DNA of 64,000 bases from a virus (lineage: Duplodnaviria; Caudoviricetes), in IMG/VR virus record IMGVR_UViG_3300021958_000035, positions 31,217 through 95,216 of that record; one strand, given 5' to 3'. The translations under genes were made by a program, and so were the position numbers. Shown here one piece after another: positions 10,275 to 19,219 of this stretch. Every line of letters begins with the position of its first letter. Position 1 is the stretch's first letter. The notes beneath the pieces are model-generated. The model saw only the letters and a list, made by a program, of their open reading frames with translations, searched no databases and had not been told where the DNA came from.

Positions 10275-11098
10275 TGATTTTAGGAATATCAGGACGCAAG
10301 CAGGCAGGCAAGAATACTACTGCAAACATCCTACATGGAATTGTATTAAAAGAACAGGGCTTCATCAAAGATTGGAACCTTGGTTCTAATGGTCAGTTAT
10401 TGATTCCATCCGATGGTGGTTCTGGATGGGGAGAGTTTTGGATAGAGCGTAAAGACGAAGAATTTGTAACTTGGGCAGATAATAATATGTGGCCCTTTGT
10501 TAAGCTCTACAGCTTTGCAGACTATTTAAAAACTATTTGTATGGAGTTATTCGATATCCCATTTAGGTGCTTGTACGGCACAGATGCGGAAAAGAACCAA
10601 ACCCAAGAACATCTACTATGGGAAAACATGCCGGGAGTAATTTCTGAGTCTGCTGCCTTTCATTTAGAGTCGGATGGTCATTTGTACAACGGAAACCATA
10701 GACGTAAGTCCTTACTTAATCTCACCGTGCATGACCCCGGCCCAATGACCGCCCGTGAATTTATGCAGTTCTTTGGCACAGACGTTATGCGTAAGATGTA
10801 CGAACCTATATGGGTAAAGTCTTGCATTGAGAAGATACAAAAAGAAAGGTCACAACTAGCAATAATTGCAGATATTCGCTTCCCCAACGAAGCGAAAGCT
10901 GTTGAACAAGCCGGTGGCAAGGTTGTTCGACTAACACGCGAGGTTTACGACGATAGCCATTCGAGTGAATCGGCTTTGGATGACTACCCCTTCACAGATT
11001 ATATTGACAATAAAATTGAAAGCATCGACGTTCTGATGGTGAAGGTCAAAGAATTTTACCGTAACCTAAAGGAGCGACATGTTAGTAACCTATGTTAG
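10274..11098 (+). CDS. Deoxynucleoside monophosphate kinase (T4 gp1-like)
   Basis: ISGRKQAGKNT, SFADYLK, REFMQFFGTDVMR, IADIRFPNE, HSSE. Confidence 0.9.
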   Translation: MILGISGRKQAGKNTTANILHGIVLKEQGFIKDWNLGSNGQLLIPSDGGSGWGEFWIERKDEEFVTWADNNMWPFVKLYSFADYLKTICMELFDIPFRCLYGTDAEKNQTQEHLLWENMPGVISESAAFHLESDGHLYNGNHRRKSLLNLTVHDPGPMTAREFMQFFGTDVMRKMYEPIWVKSCIEKIQKERSQLAIIADIRFPNEAKAVEQAGGKVVRLTREVYDDSHSSESALDDYPFTDYIDNKIESIDVLMVKVKEFYRNLKERHVSNLC

Positions 11099-12119
11099 AA
11101 GTTCATCATATAACAATTATGATTTTTGCCAAATGCAGTATTTCCTGACCTATAATCTAGGTTGGAGAGGTTCTAGCGGTAAACGAGCAGATATGGGAAC
11201 TATGGCCCACAAGGTCATGGAAATTCTCGCTGGACTTAAAAAGTTTCAGCAGGACAATCCTCGTAGAAAATGGCTAGAAATTGAAGATGATAAGTGTGGC
11301 AAAGTCAGAGTTAGCAAGGATGATCTCTACACTGACGCTTTTGTAGACGAATTGATCGCCAGATCCATCAAGGATTACGGCGAAACATCTACCCACAAAT
11401 TCTACCGTAAGGAACGTCAGGAGATTACTGATACTGTTTATACGTTCTTGACTTGGAATAATAGTCAATTCGACCCTAGACAAAGAAATATTTACTATCC
11501 AGAACCGCACTTCGACATGCCAATCGAGGAAGATTGGGCAAAGTTCGACTTCGTAGACGCTAGCGGAAACACCCAAAAAGGGCAGTTAGCTATCAAGGGC
11601 ACAATTGACCTCGTTACACTTCTTGACGAAGATACAATTGAGGTGGTTGACTGGAAAAGCGGTCGTCGTCTGAACTGGGCTAGTGGCGAAGAAAAAACCT
11701 ACGAAAAAATGATGAATGACCCACAGTTATTGCTGTATTTTTACGCTATGTCCAAGATGTTCCCTGATTTTCCCAATAGAATTATGAGTATTTTCTTTTA
11801 TAAAGACATTGAGGGGAAACCAGATCCTACACCGTATAGTTTCTCTTTTACCAAGGAAGATGAAGACAGATTTCTAGGAATGCTCAGAAAGCGGGTAGAA
11901 GAAATTAGACAAAATACCAATCCATCCGTACTAGATCCAACCAGAACTGACTTTAGATGTAAATATTTATGTCATTTTTGCAAAAATAACTTCGAGGGCG
12001 AAACTGATAATATGTGTATAACTATAGAGAAGGAATTAGTTCAGCTTGGGATGGACGAGGTGGTGAAGAAACGCACTGCACCCGACTTTAATATTGGATT
12101 CTACGAGGCACCCGGATAA
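11079..12119 (+). CDS. PD-(D/E)XK exonuclease (AddB/RecB/Cas4-like) with probable Fe-S cluster
   Basis: GTMAH, GTIDL..VVDWKSG, QLLLY; one N-terminal Cys plus C-terminal CKYLCHFC. Confidence 0.85.
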   Translation: MLVTYVRSSSYNNYDFCQMQYFLTYNLGWRGSSGKRADMGTMAHKVMEILAGLKKFQQDNPRRKWLEIEDDKCGKVRVSKDDLYTDAFVDELIARSIKDYGETSTHKFYRKERQEITDTVYTFLTWNNSQFDPRQRNIYYPEPHFDMPIEEDWAKFDFVDASGNTQKGQLAIKGTIDLVTLLDEDTIEVVDWKSGRRLNWASGEEKTYEKMMNDPQLLLYFYAMSKMFPDFPNRIMSIFFYKDIEGKPDPTPYSFSFTKEDEDRFLGMLRKRVEEIRQNTNPSVLDPTRTDFRCKYLCHFCKNNFEGETDNMCITIEKELVQLGMDEVVKKRTAPDFNIGFYEAPG

Positions 12120-12249
12120 TGAAAAGAGAGAATTCTTAAAGATTTCTGTCTCTGAGAGTCTAGCCGCAGTAGCGGGTTCGCAGCCTGAACGTGTCTCCAA
12201 TTACAAAAATCACATAATGATGACCATAACGGTCGTGGGAGGCGAATAA
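12119..12249 (+). pseudogene. Frameshifted remnant of a twin-arginine signal gene
   Basis: atgaaaaga-gagaattcttaaag: restoring one A gives MKRREFLKISVSESLAAVAGSQPERVSNYKNHIMMTITVVGGE*, which fills the gap between the exonuclease stop and the DUF1501 start. Confidence 0.5.
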
Positions 12250-12250
12250 G

Positions 12251-13513
12251 ATGAAAAGGCGAGATTTTTTAACTTACGGAACTAGTTTTCTTGGTGGAGC
12301 ATATCTAGCGAGCGACAATATCGCTGTTTCTTATGCTGATGAATATTCCCCCAAAATTACTAAAAACGACAAAAGCGTAATCTTTCTGTGGATGGGTGGA
12401 GGAGCGACTCACATCGAGACATTTAATCCCATCCCAAATTCCACAGTAGAAAGACGGTCTGCCACTGGTCATATAGAGACTAAAATTCCAACGGTAAAGA
12501 TAGGTGGACTCTTCAAGGAAGTAGCTAAAAGATCTGATAAAATTAACATTGTCAGAAGTTTCGCTCATAAAGATTCTAACCATCAAACTGCTACTCATTG
12601 GGTTGTTGGTGGCGAGAGAAACCAAGGCAGTACTGTTCAGAATTATCCTAGTTACGGAGCTATGATTGCTGGCTATTACGGGCCAGTATCTCAACCTCAT
12701 GGTCTACCCACCTATATTAAGATGAACAAAATTGATGGGGATGGAGCAGCTTTTCTTGGTCAGAAATATATGGGCTACGAAGCCAATAGAGAAGGCGTAG
12801 GCGATCTCCAGTTAAAGATGTCTAAGGAAAAATTCATGGAGAGAAAAGGTCTGCTAGACTTAGTAGAGAAACATTCTCCCTTCAAAGGACGAGGAGAAGA
12901 CTGGAGAGAGTTCCAAAATCAAGCTCTCACGGCTATAACCGGCAAAGCGGCTGAAACTTTTAGAATTGAAGAAGATTCTAAATACGGTACATTTAAGGAT
13001 GACCAGTTGGGCAAGGATGCCTTAGCCGCAGTCAGAGCTATACAGAACGGTGCCAAGTTTGTAAATATCCAGTATGGTGGCTGGGATATGCACAGTAATA
13101 TAGTAAATTCGTTAAATACTAGACAGGTAACTCTAGATAGATATGTTGGCCTACTTATGGACGAGTTAGAGGTCAGGGGTTTATTTGAGAACACTCTTCT
13201 GGTTGTAGCCACAGAGTTTGGTAGAACGCCAAAAATAAACGGTAACGCAGGGCGTGACCACTGGAGTGGTAGTGTCCCCTTAATGTTTGCTGGTGGAGGA
13301 TACGACTTGGGCCGTGTAATTGGAACCTCCAGTGCAAACGCCGAATTTCCAGAAAACGGTGAGTGCAGTCCTATAGATTTAAGATGGACTGTGTTAAACC
13401 ATGTGGGAATCCACAAAAACAACACTTGGATGGGCATTAATGGAAGACCAATGCCTATTACTGGTAGTGAAGAGAAGAATATATTAACAGATATCCACGT
13501 AGGGGTAGGATAA
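12251..13513 (+). CDS. DUF1501-family protein with Tat signal peptide
   Basis: MKRRDFL Tat motif; KSVIFLWMGGGATHIETFNP, GGWDMH, TEFGRTPKIN..GRDHW, AGGG - the DUF1501 signature set. Confidence 0.92.
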   Translation: MKRRDFLTYGTSFLGGAYLASDNIAVSYADEYSPKITKNDKSVIFLWMGGGATHIETFNPIPNSTVERRSATGHIETKIPTVKIGGLFKEVAKRSDKINIVRSFAHKDSNHQTATHWVVGGERNQGSTVQNYPSYGAMIAGYYGPVSQPHGLPTYIKMNKIDGDGAAFLGQKYMGYEANREGVGDLQLKMSKEKFMERKGLLDLVEKHSPFKGRGEDWREFQNQALTAITGKAAETFRIEEDSKYGTFKDDQLGKDALAAVRAIQNGAKFVNIQYGGWDMHSNIVNSLNTRQVTLDRYVGLLMDELEVRGLFENTLLVVATEFGRTPKINGNAGRDHWSGSVPLMFAGGGYDLGRVIGTSSANAEFPENGECSPIDLRWTVLNHVGIHKNNTWMGINGRPMPITGSEEKNILTDIHVGVG

Positions 13514-13610
13514 TAAAAAGAAGAAAATTTTATTATTATTAGTTAGAGTCGCAACACTTACCAATACGGTATAAATTATTTCCTCGATTACAACCTTATA
13601 GGAGTTAAAA

Positions 13611-14570
13611 ATGCCCCTACCAGAAAAGCGTGACGGTGAAAAGCCCGTAGAATTTATTGCTCGCTGTATGAGTGATCCAAAAATTAACAAAGAATATCCA
13701 GATCAGAAGCAGCGTACAGCGGTCTGTATGAGCAAAGCCTGTGATGGGATGTCTCATATCGAAGCTGCTGACTTCCAGATCAACTTTGAAGAGTATGGAT
13801 TTACAGAAGAGATTACAGAAGACAATTGGTACTGCCCTGCGGAAGCAGAATACGAGACGGATATTGATTGGGGTGAAGCGACAGAGGAATGGGACATTTC
13901 AGAAGCCAAACCCGGACTCTGGGAAAATATTCGTAAAAAGAAAGATCGTGAAGGTAAGAATTACAAACCAGCAAAGAAGGGCGACAAAGATCGACCTGAT
14001 CCAGAGGCTTGGAAGAAAGCCCAATCGTTATGGAATAAAACCGTTGCTGAGTACGAAGAAGGTCAGATGCAACGTGAACAACTGATGAAGATGCACCGTC
14101 AGCTTATGGAAATCGAAGAATACTTAGAAGGCGTAAAGTTTGAAGATTGGACTAAAGATATGATTTCTAAGTCTGAAGTCTATATCCAAAACATTTATGA
14201 CTTTATTAAGGCCAATAAAACAGAAGCCAGCTTCAAGTATGAAGATCCTAAGACTGGAGAAGTATACGAATATCAGCGTAAGGGCATCTATCGTAAAAAT
14301 GGTCGCACTCTTGTTCCTGCTCGTGCTGCGGAATACCAAGGTCGCAAGGTTCAGCTTGGTAAACCTTTCCGTACTCCAAAGGGGCCAAAGAAAAGTGCTG
14401 TTTATGTTAAGAATGGTTCTGGCAAGGTTGTAATTGTTCGTTTTGGTGATCCTAATATGAAGATCAAGAAGAATATTCCTGAACGACGAAAATCATTCCG
14501 AGCTAGACATAACTGTGACAATCCCGGTCCTCGTTGGAAAGCACGATATTGGAGTTGTCGGGCATGGTAG
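13611..14570 (+). CDS. Modular phage protein made of short conserved domains (possible internal head polyprotein)
   Basis: AGGAG RBS; modules MPLP..EFIARCM, KPGLWENIRKK, EEGQM..QL..DW...I, and EYQGRKV..RFGDPNM..RRKSFRARHNC..YWSCRAW. Confidence 0.6.
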   Translation: MPLPEKRDGEKPVEFIARCMSDPKINKEYPDQKQRTAVCMSKACDGMSHIEAADFQINFEEYGFTEEITEDNWYCPAEAEYETDIDWGEATEEWDISEAKPGLWENIRKKKDREGKNYKPAKKGDKDRPDPEAWKKAQSLWNKTVAEYEEGQMQREQLMKMHRQLMEIEEYLEGVKFEDWTKDMISKSEVYIQNIYDFIKANKTEASFKYEDPKTGEVYEYQRKGIYRKNGRTLVPARAAEYQGRKVQLGKPFRTPKGPKKSAVYVKNGSGKVVIVRFGDPNMKIKKNIPERRKSFRARHNCDNPGPRWKARYWSCRAW

Positions 14571-16540
14571 AGAAGGACTTTTCTAAATGTCAGTGTCCAA
14601 AGGCGGGGTGGTGCGATCTTCTTAAAAAGGAAATGACCGCCACCCCTCCTAATTGGCAGTGGTGTCAAGAGCTAACAGAAGAAGGAAGAAAACAATATCA
14701 CGACAGGGTTAACGGTGAAGTGAGAGTCGTCCGAAAAGCTACAGGTAAACACTTAGTAGGCACTGTAAACTTTGTTGATGATATTCCTGAACCAACAAGC
14801 GATTATGCAGTTTGCGTAATTCCAGCAAATGAAATGGCAATGAATCTTCTTGATGCTACCCGCGAAAACATCAAGAAGTACGCAGAAAAGTGTAATGCTG
14901 ATTATATAGAATTGACAGGAGATCAGGTCGAAGAATTCCCTATTTCTAATAAATTCAGACTAGAGAAAGTTGCACAAACCTACGAGAAAACACTCTTTGT
15001 AGATTGCGATATTGTGATAAAAGAATCTGCACCAAATATATTCGAGATAACACCCAATGATAAGATCTCTGCTTTCGATGAATATCGCGTATACCTAGAT
15101 CATCGGACCAACAACCATCTTTGGATAGATGATTCTATGCACAGAATCTCAAAGGCTCTTAATGTTGCTTATCGTGGAAAGACTATGCTAAATAGTGGAT
15201 TTATGGTAATCCCTAAATCCTGCTCTCAATATTATTCCCAGCCGAAAGTTCCTTACCCACGCCTATGGTGCTTTGACCAAATGTGGTTGACTCTAAACAC
15301 ACCAATAGAAAAAATTTACAAACTGGGAAGAGAATGGAATAATGTTTTTGACGCATCAGATTTTTGGGAACGTTTTGAAGAAAGTTATGTTTTTCACTTT
15401 AACAACATGAGGGATACAGAGAGTTTTCACGAAGACTCTAGAAGACACGCCCTAGCTACGCTGGCAGAGAATACAAATATCTCAGAATTTGATCTTAAAA
15501 CTTCTTCGATTTGGAGCGATGTTTTTCCAAAGGTAGAAGAATATGACTTACCCGAAAACATGGATGAAGTAGAGTTAGTAACGGTTCATTTTAATCCGAC
15601 AGGCTCAGAAACCTTGAGAAAAACTCATTCACTTTTCTTAGAAGGTTTGAGGAATGTTGCACCATTCGTAAAGTGCTACGAACTACTATTCGACGATCAA
15701 GAGCAACAAATAGAAGGCTCGATAATTATAAGAGGTTCTTTGCAAAAGAATTGCTTGTGGCAAAAAGAAGCACTTCTAAATGTTGCAGTCAAAAACATTG
15801 AAGATGAAAAGAAGTATATTGTCTGGCTAGATCATGATTTATTGTTTTTAAACAAAGAATGGTTAAAAGTATCCATAAGCAAGATGGAATCAGGTTTTGA
15901 TTTTGTTCAGTTGGTTACGGATCTTGGTTGGGCAGATAGGACAGGAAAAGTACACATATATAAACCATCGAGATTATCTGTACTCAGAGATCTCGAACCA
16001 TACTCAGGGTGGTCAGATGCCTTTCCGAAAAATCCTTATGGAAACCCCGGACTTGTTTGGGGTGGTAGGGTCGATGCTCTAAAAAGAATGGGAGAGAATC
16101 CGTTTCCAAATGCTGTCATCGGGAGCGGAGACGAATATTTTGCCCTCGGCGTAACCAGAACGACAAAGGGGGGTGTTTCACTTATTGTAAAGATGATTGA
16201 CGATCTTATAGCACAACCATATCTTCGGGCTACAGGGGTCAAATCAATAGAAGAGTGTCCACAAATAAAGAAATACGCACAATTTATGACAGAGAAAATA
16301 ATTGATATGTCTAAATATTTGTTTTCCGTAACCACTGTAGAAAACTGCCCAGTTTATCATTTCTGGCATGGGGATAGCAAGCACAGACAATATGCAGAAC
16401 GACATTCGATAATTCAAGAGTGTAATTTAGATTTGTATGAAGACGTATTCATAAATGATGAAGGCATATACGAGTTTGTTAAAGATAAATACGTTGCTTC
16501 CGAAAGGTTCTACAGATTTTTCTCAGAAAGAAAAGAATAA
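14564..16540 (+). CDS. Two-domain glycosyltransferase (GT8-like + GT2-like GT-A folds)
   Basis: LFVDCDIV, NSGFMV, FDQ in domain 1; WQKEALLN..IVWLDHDLLF..HFWHG in domain 2; ATG at 14564 preferred over the TTG at 14534. Confidence 0.75.
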   Translation: MVEKDFSKCQCPKAGWCDLLKKEMTATPPNWQWCQELTEEGRKQYHDRVNGEVRVVRKATGKHLVGTVNFVDDIPEPTSDYAVCVIPANEMAMNLLDATRENIKKYAEKCNADYIELTGDQVEEFPISNKFRLEKVAQTYEKTLFVDCDIVIKESAPNIFEITPNDKISAFDEYRVYLDHRTNNHLWIDDSMHRISKALNVAYRGKTMLNSGFMVIPKSCSQYYSQPKVPYPRLWCFDQMWLTLNTPIEKIYKLGREWNNVFDASDFWERFEESYVFHFNNMRDTESFHEDSRRHALATLAENTNISEFDLKTSSIWSDVFPKVEEYDLPENMDEVELVTVHFNPTGSETLRKTHSLFLEGLRNVAPFVKCYELLFDDQEQQIEGSIIIRGSLQKNCLWQKEALLNVAVKNIEDEKKYIVWLDHDLLFLNKEWLKVSISKMESGFDFVQLVTDLGWADRTGKVHIYKPSRLSVLRDLEPYSGWSDAFPKNPYGNPGLVWGGRVDALKRMGENPFPNAVIGSGDEYFALGVTRTTKGGVSLIVKMIDDLIAQPYLRATGVKSIEECPQIKKYAQFMTEKIIDMSKYLFSVTTVENCPVYHFWHGDSKHRQYAERHSIIQECNLDLYEDVFINDEGIYEFVKDKYVASERFYRFFSERKE

Positions 16541-16554
16541 TTTTAAGAAACCCC

Positions 16555-16583
16555 TTACAAAATAGCGACCCGTAGACTATAAT
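16555..16583 (+). promoter_or_regulatory. Sigma70-type promoter upstream of dnaE-N
   Basis: TTACAA-17 nt-TATAAT in an intergenic gap. Confidence 0.7.
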
Positions 16584-16629
16584 AGGGTAGTCGAGCAAAA
16601 CATTGAATTAAAAATTGAAAAGGATAACT

Positions 16630-18261
16630 ATGAAGTGGTTTCCGCTACTGAACTACACCCACTATTCGCTACAGTACGGCTTTTCCAAGCCAAATGAGCT
16701 TGCTAAGAAGTGCAAGCAGAATTCTTACCCCGCATGTGGCATCGCTGATTACAAAACAATCAGTGGTGCTGTATCTTTCTATAAAGCCTGCATCGACAAT
16801 GATATCAAACCTATTATTGGTTGTTCTTTCGATGGCTTTGCTCTTTTTGCCAAAAACCATGAGGGATGGCTGAACCTCATCGAGATTGTCTCTACAATTG
16901 ATACAGACGGTAATGAGGATCGAGGCACTATGGTTCGCCTAGCACGACAAGGCAACCTTATTTGCATTGCCAATTCAGAGGCTCTGTCTCCAATTACTGG
17001 CGATGACTTTTACCAATGGTCTGATGCTTTCTTAAAAACTTTTTACTCAGATAAAAGCCAAGCAGATTTGCACAGGATTGTGCTTTGTGGAAAACTAAAG
17101 ACCACTCTACATAAAGTAAAGAAGAATGGCGTGGAACAAGATGACCTTTCTGTATTCTTTGATTCTAGTGATTTTTACCTTAAAGACAAGTTAGAGTCTG
17201 CAAAGTTAGTTATCGACGACCCTCGTATGGATGAGTTTGATGAAATCTTAAACAAGGTAGAGAATTTTAATATTCTTAGCAAGCCCATCCTTCCCAAGTT
17301 TGATATACCGTCTGATTATAAAAGCGAGGGCGACTACCTACGTCACCTCGCAAGACAAGGTTGGATGACACTACTAAATGACAAGATCAAGAGTGAGCTA
17401 GATAGAAAAACCTATGGCGACAGATTTAACAAAGAGTTTGCCGTTATTGAAAAAGCAAATCTGTTTGGGTATTTTCTCATCGTTTGGGATATTTTAAATT
17501 GGTGTCGTGAGCAGGGCTGGATGGTAGGTCCGGGCCGTGGATCTGCTGCCGGTTGCCTTATTTCCTACCTAGTTGGTATTACAGAGATTGACCCCATCGA
17601 GTTTAATCTGCTGTTTGAACGATTCTACAATGAGGGTCGTAATACAGAAGATCACATCTCTTTACCTGATGTTGATATGGACGTTCCCGGAAATAAACGT
17701 GATGAGATCATCGCTAGACTCAAAGAGAAGTACGGATCTAACAATGTTAGTCAGATGCTCACGTTTGGTAGATTGCAAGGGCGAAGTGCGATGAAAGAAG
17801 TTCTTCGTGTAAATGATGCTTGTGGTTTTGCCGAAATGAACGAGATCACAAAGTACATTCCAGACGAAGCCGCCATTTCTGACCAACTTTCACAGATGGA
17901 CGAAGAAGATCGCTCTATCATTCGCTGGACATTACAGAATCGTGCAGACGACCTTATGGACTACTGCCATATCGACGATGAGGGTAGATTGCAGGGAGAC
18001 TTTGCAGAATACTTCCAGCAGGCCATTGATATTGAAGGTACATTTAAGACACAGGGAAAACACGCTGCTGGCGTTGTTATCTCTTCCGCACCACTATACA
18101 AAGTTTGCCCTATGGTGAACCAAAAGAGTGGCGGCGAAAAGATTGCGGGATTGGAAATGAACGATCTAGAAGCACTAGGTCACGTTAAGTTTGACCTTCT
18201 TGGGTTGAATCTCCTCGATAAATTGATGTATATTGAAGAATTGCTGGGAAAATCAGCATAA
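16630..18261 (+). CDS. dnaE: DNA polymerase III alpha, N-terminal half (PHP, palm, thumb)
   Basis: THYSL, GPGRGSAAG, LLFERFYN, PDVDMD, KHAAGVVI, VKFDLLGL; ends about 17 aa after KFDLLGL. Confidence 0.93.
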   Translation: MKWFPLLNYTHYSLQYGFSKPNELAKKCKQNSYPACGIADYKTISGAVSFYKACIDNDIKPIIGCSFDGFALFAKNHEGWLNLIEIVSTIDTDGNEDRGTMVRLARQGNLICIANSEALSPITGDDFYQWSDAFLKTFYSDKSQADLHRIVLCGKLKTTLHKVKKNGVEQDDLSVFFDSSDFYLKDKLESAKLVIDDPRMDEFDEILNKVENFNILSKPILPKFDIPSDYKSEGDYLRHLARQGWMTLLNDKIKSELDRKTYGDRFNKEFAVIEKANLFGYFLIVWDILNWCREQGWMVGPGRGSAAGCLISYLVGITEIDPIEFNLLFERFYNEGRNTEDHISLPDVDMDVPGNKRDEIIARLKEKYGSNNVSQMLTFGRLQGRSAMKEVLRVNDACGFAEMNEITKYIPDEAAISDQLSQMDEEDRSIIRWTLQNRADDLMDYCHIDDEGRLQGDFAEYFQQAIDIEGTFKTQGKHAAGVVISSAPLYKVCPMVNQKSGGEKIAGLEMNDLEALGHVKFDLLGLNLLDKLMYIEELLGKSA

Positions 18262-18275
18262 CTACGTGTCTTGAA

Positions 18276-18449
18276 ATTGATAGCTCGAAAGGGTATATCG
18301 AAGGAAACGTGCAGTGGTTGCACAAAAGGGTTAATATAATGAAAGGCAACATGGAAGAACAAGAGTTTTTAGACTTTTGTGAAGCTGTTACTTTTCAAAA
18401 TAAAAGCCAAGAGATACAAAAAACTTTTTCACATTCAGATAGGAAATAA
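18276..18449 (+). pseudogene. C-terminal remnant of an HNH homing endonuclease
   Basis: Startless frame IDSSKGYIEGNVQWLHKRVNIMKGNMEEQEFLDFCEAV...* matches the phage HNH pattern (D)RIDxxKGYxxGNVxWxxxxxNxMK. Confidence 0.7.
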
Positions 18450-18451
18450 CT

Positions 18452-19126
18452 ATGAATCGGGATATCGTCGTGTTCGACTTTGAAACAGGAGGGCGTAACC
18501 CGCTCCGTTGCCAACCTACACAGATTGCTGCTATCGCACTTGACGGTAGGAACTTTAAGCTAAAGGGTTCATTTAATAGTATGATGCGTCCCATTATAGA
18601 TGATGATGAAGCTATTGCCGCTGGTGTTGACCCTATTGAAGAAGGAGCGTTGAAAGTAACGGGGCAAACAAGAGAACAACTTGCCAAGGCACCACTACCA
18701 AAGGGCGTTTGGAAGAAGTTCTGTACGTTTGTCAATAAGTACAATTGGAAGGGCACGCCCTACTTCGCACCCATTCCCTGCGGATTCAACATTCTCGGAT
18801 ACGACATGAAGATCGTTGACAGGCTGTGCAAACAGTATGGACCGTATGATGACAAGCGATGCTGCCAGAAACTCTTTCATCAGATTTATAAAATTGACGT
18901 AATGGACGATGTGTGGATGTGGACAGAAGGAGATCCAAATGTTAAGTCTATTAGTATGGATAGCTTGCGAGAAAGAATGGGACTATCCAGTGAGAACGCT
19001 CACGATGCTCTCCAAGACGTTAAGGATACAGCAAATATCTGGATCAAACTGCAAAAGTCCAGACGAGCAGTCTACAGAAATATGAAATTTGAAAAAGCAT
19101 TTGCCGATGGGAAATTGTTCGTATGA
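18452..19126 (+). CDS. dnaQ: DEDDh 3'-5' exonuclease (Pol III epsilon-like)
   Basis: FDFETGG (ExoI), GFNILGYD (ExoII), AHDALQDV (ExoIII). Confidence 0.9.
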   Translation: MNRDIVVFDFETGGRNPLRCQPTQIAAIALDGRNFKLKGSFNSMMRPIIDDDEAIAAGVDPIEEGALKVTGQTREQLAKAPLPKGVWKKFCTFVNKYNWKGTPYFAPIPCGFNILGYDMKIVDRLCKQYGPYDDKRCCQKLFHQIYKIDVMDDVWMWTEGDPNVKSISMDSLRERMGLSSENAHDALQDVKDTANIWIKLQKSRRAVYRNMKFEKAFADGKLFV

Positions 19127-19212
19127 GCGACATTGAATTAGAGGAAATTAAAAGATATATTTTGTCTATACCAAAATTTAATCTAGAAGAAAGTATTTTA
19201 GGAGATTATTGA
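19123..19212 (+). CDS. 29-aa mini-ORF or gene scar coupling dnaQ to dnaE-C
   Basis: ATGA overlap with the dnaQ stop; MSDIELEEIKRYILSIPKFNLEESILGDY*. Confidence 0.35.
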   Translation: MSDIELEEIKRYILSIPKFNLEESILGDY

Positions 19213-19219
19213 GATTTAA

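Noticed and set aside
11079-12119. Cas4-like nuclease as sign of a CRISPR system
   Set aside because: No repeat-spacer array or other cas genes seen; stand-alone Cas4/AddB-like exonucleases are common in phage replication modules
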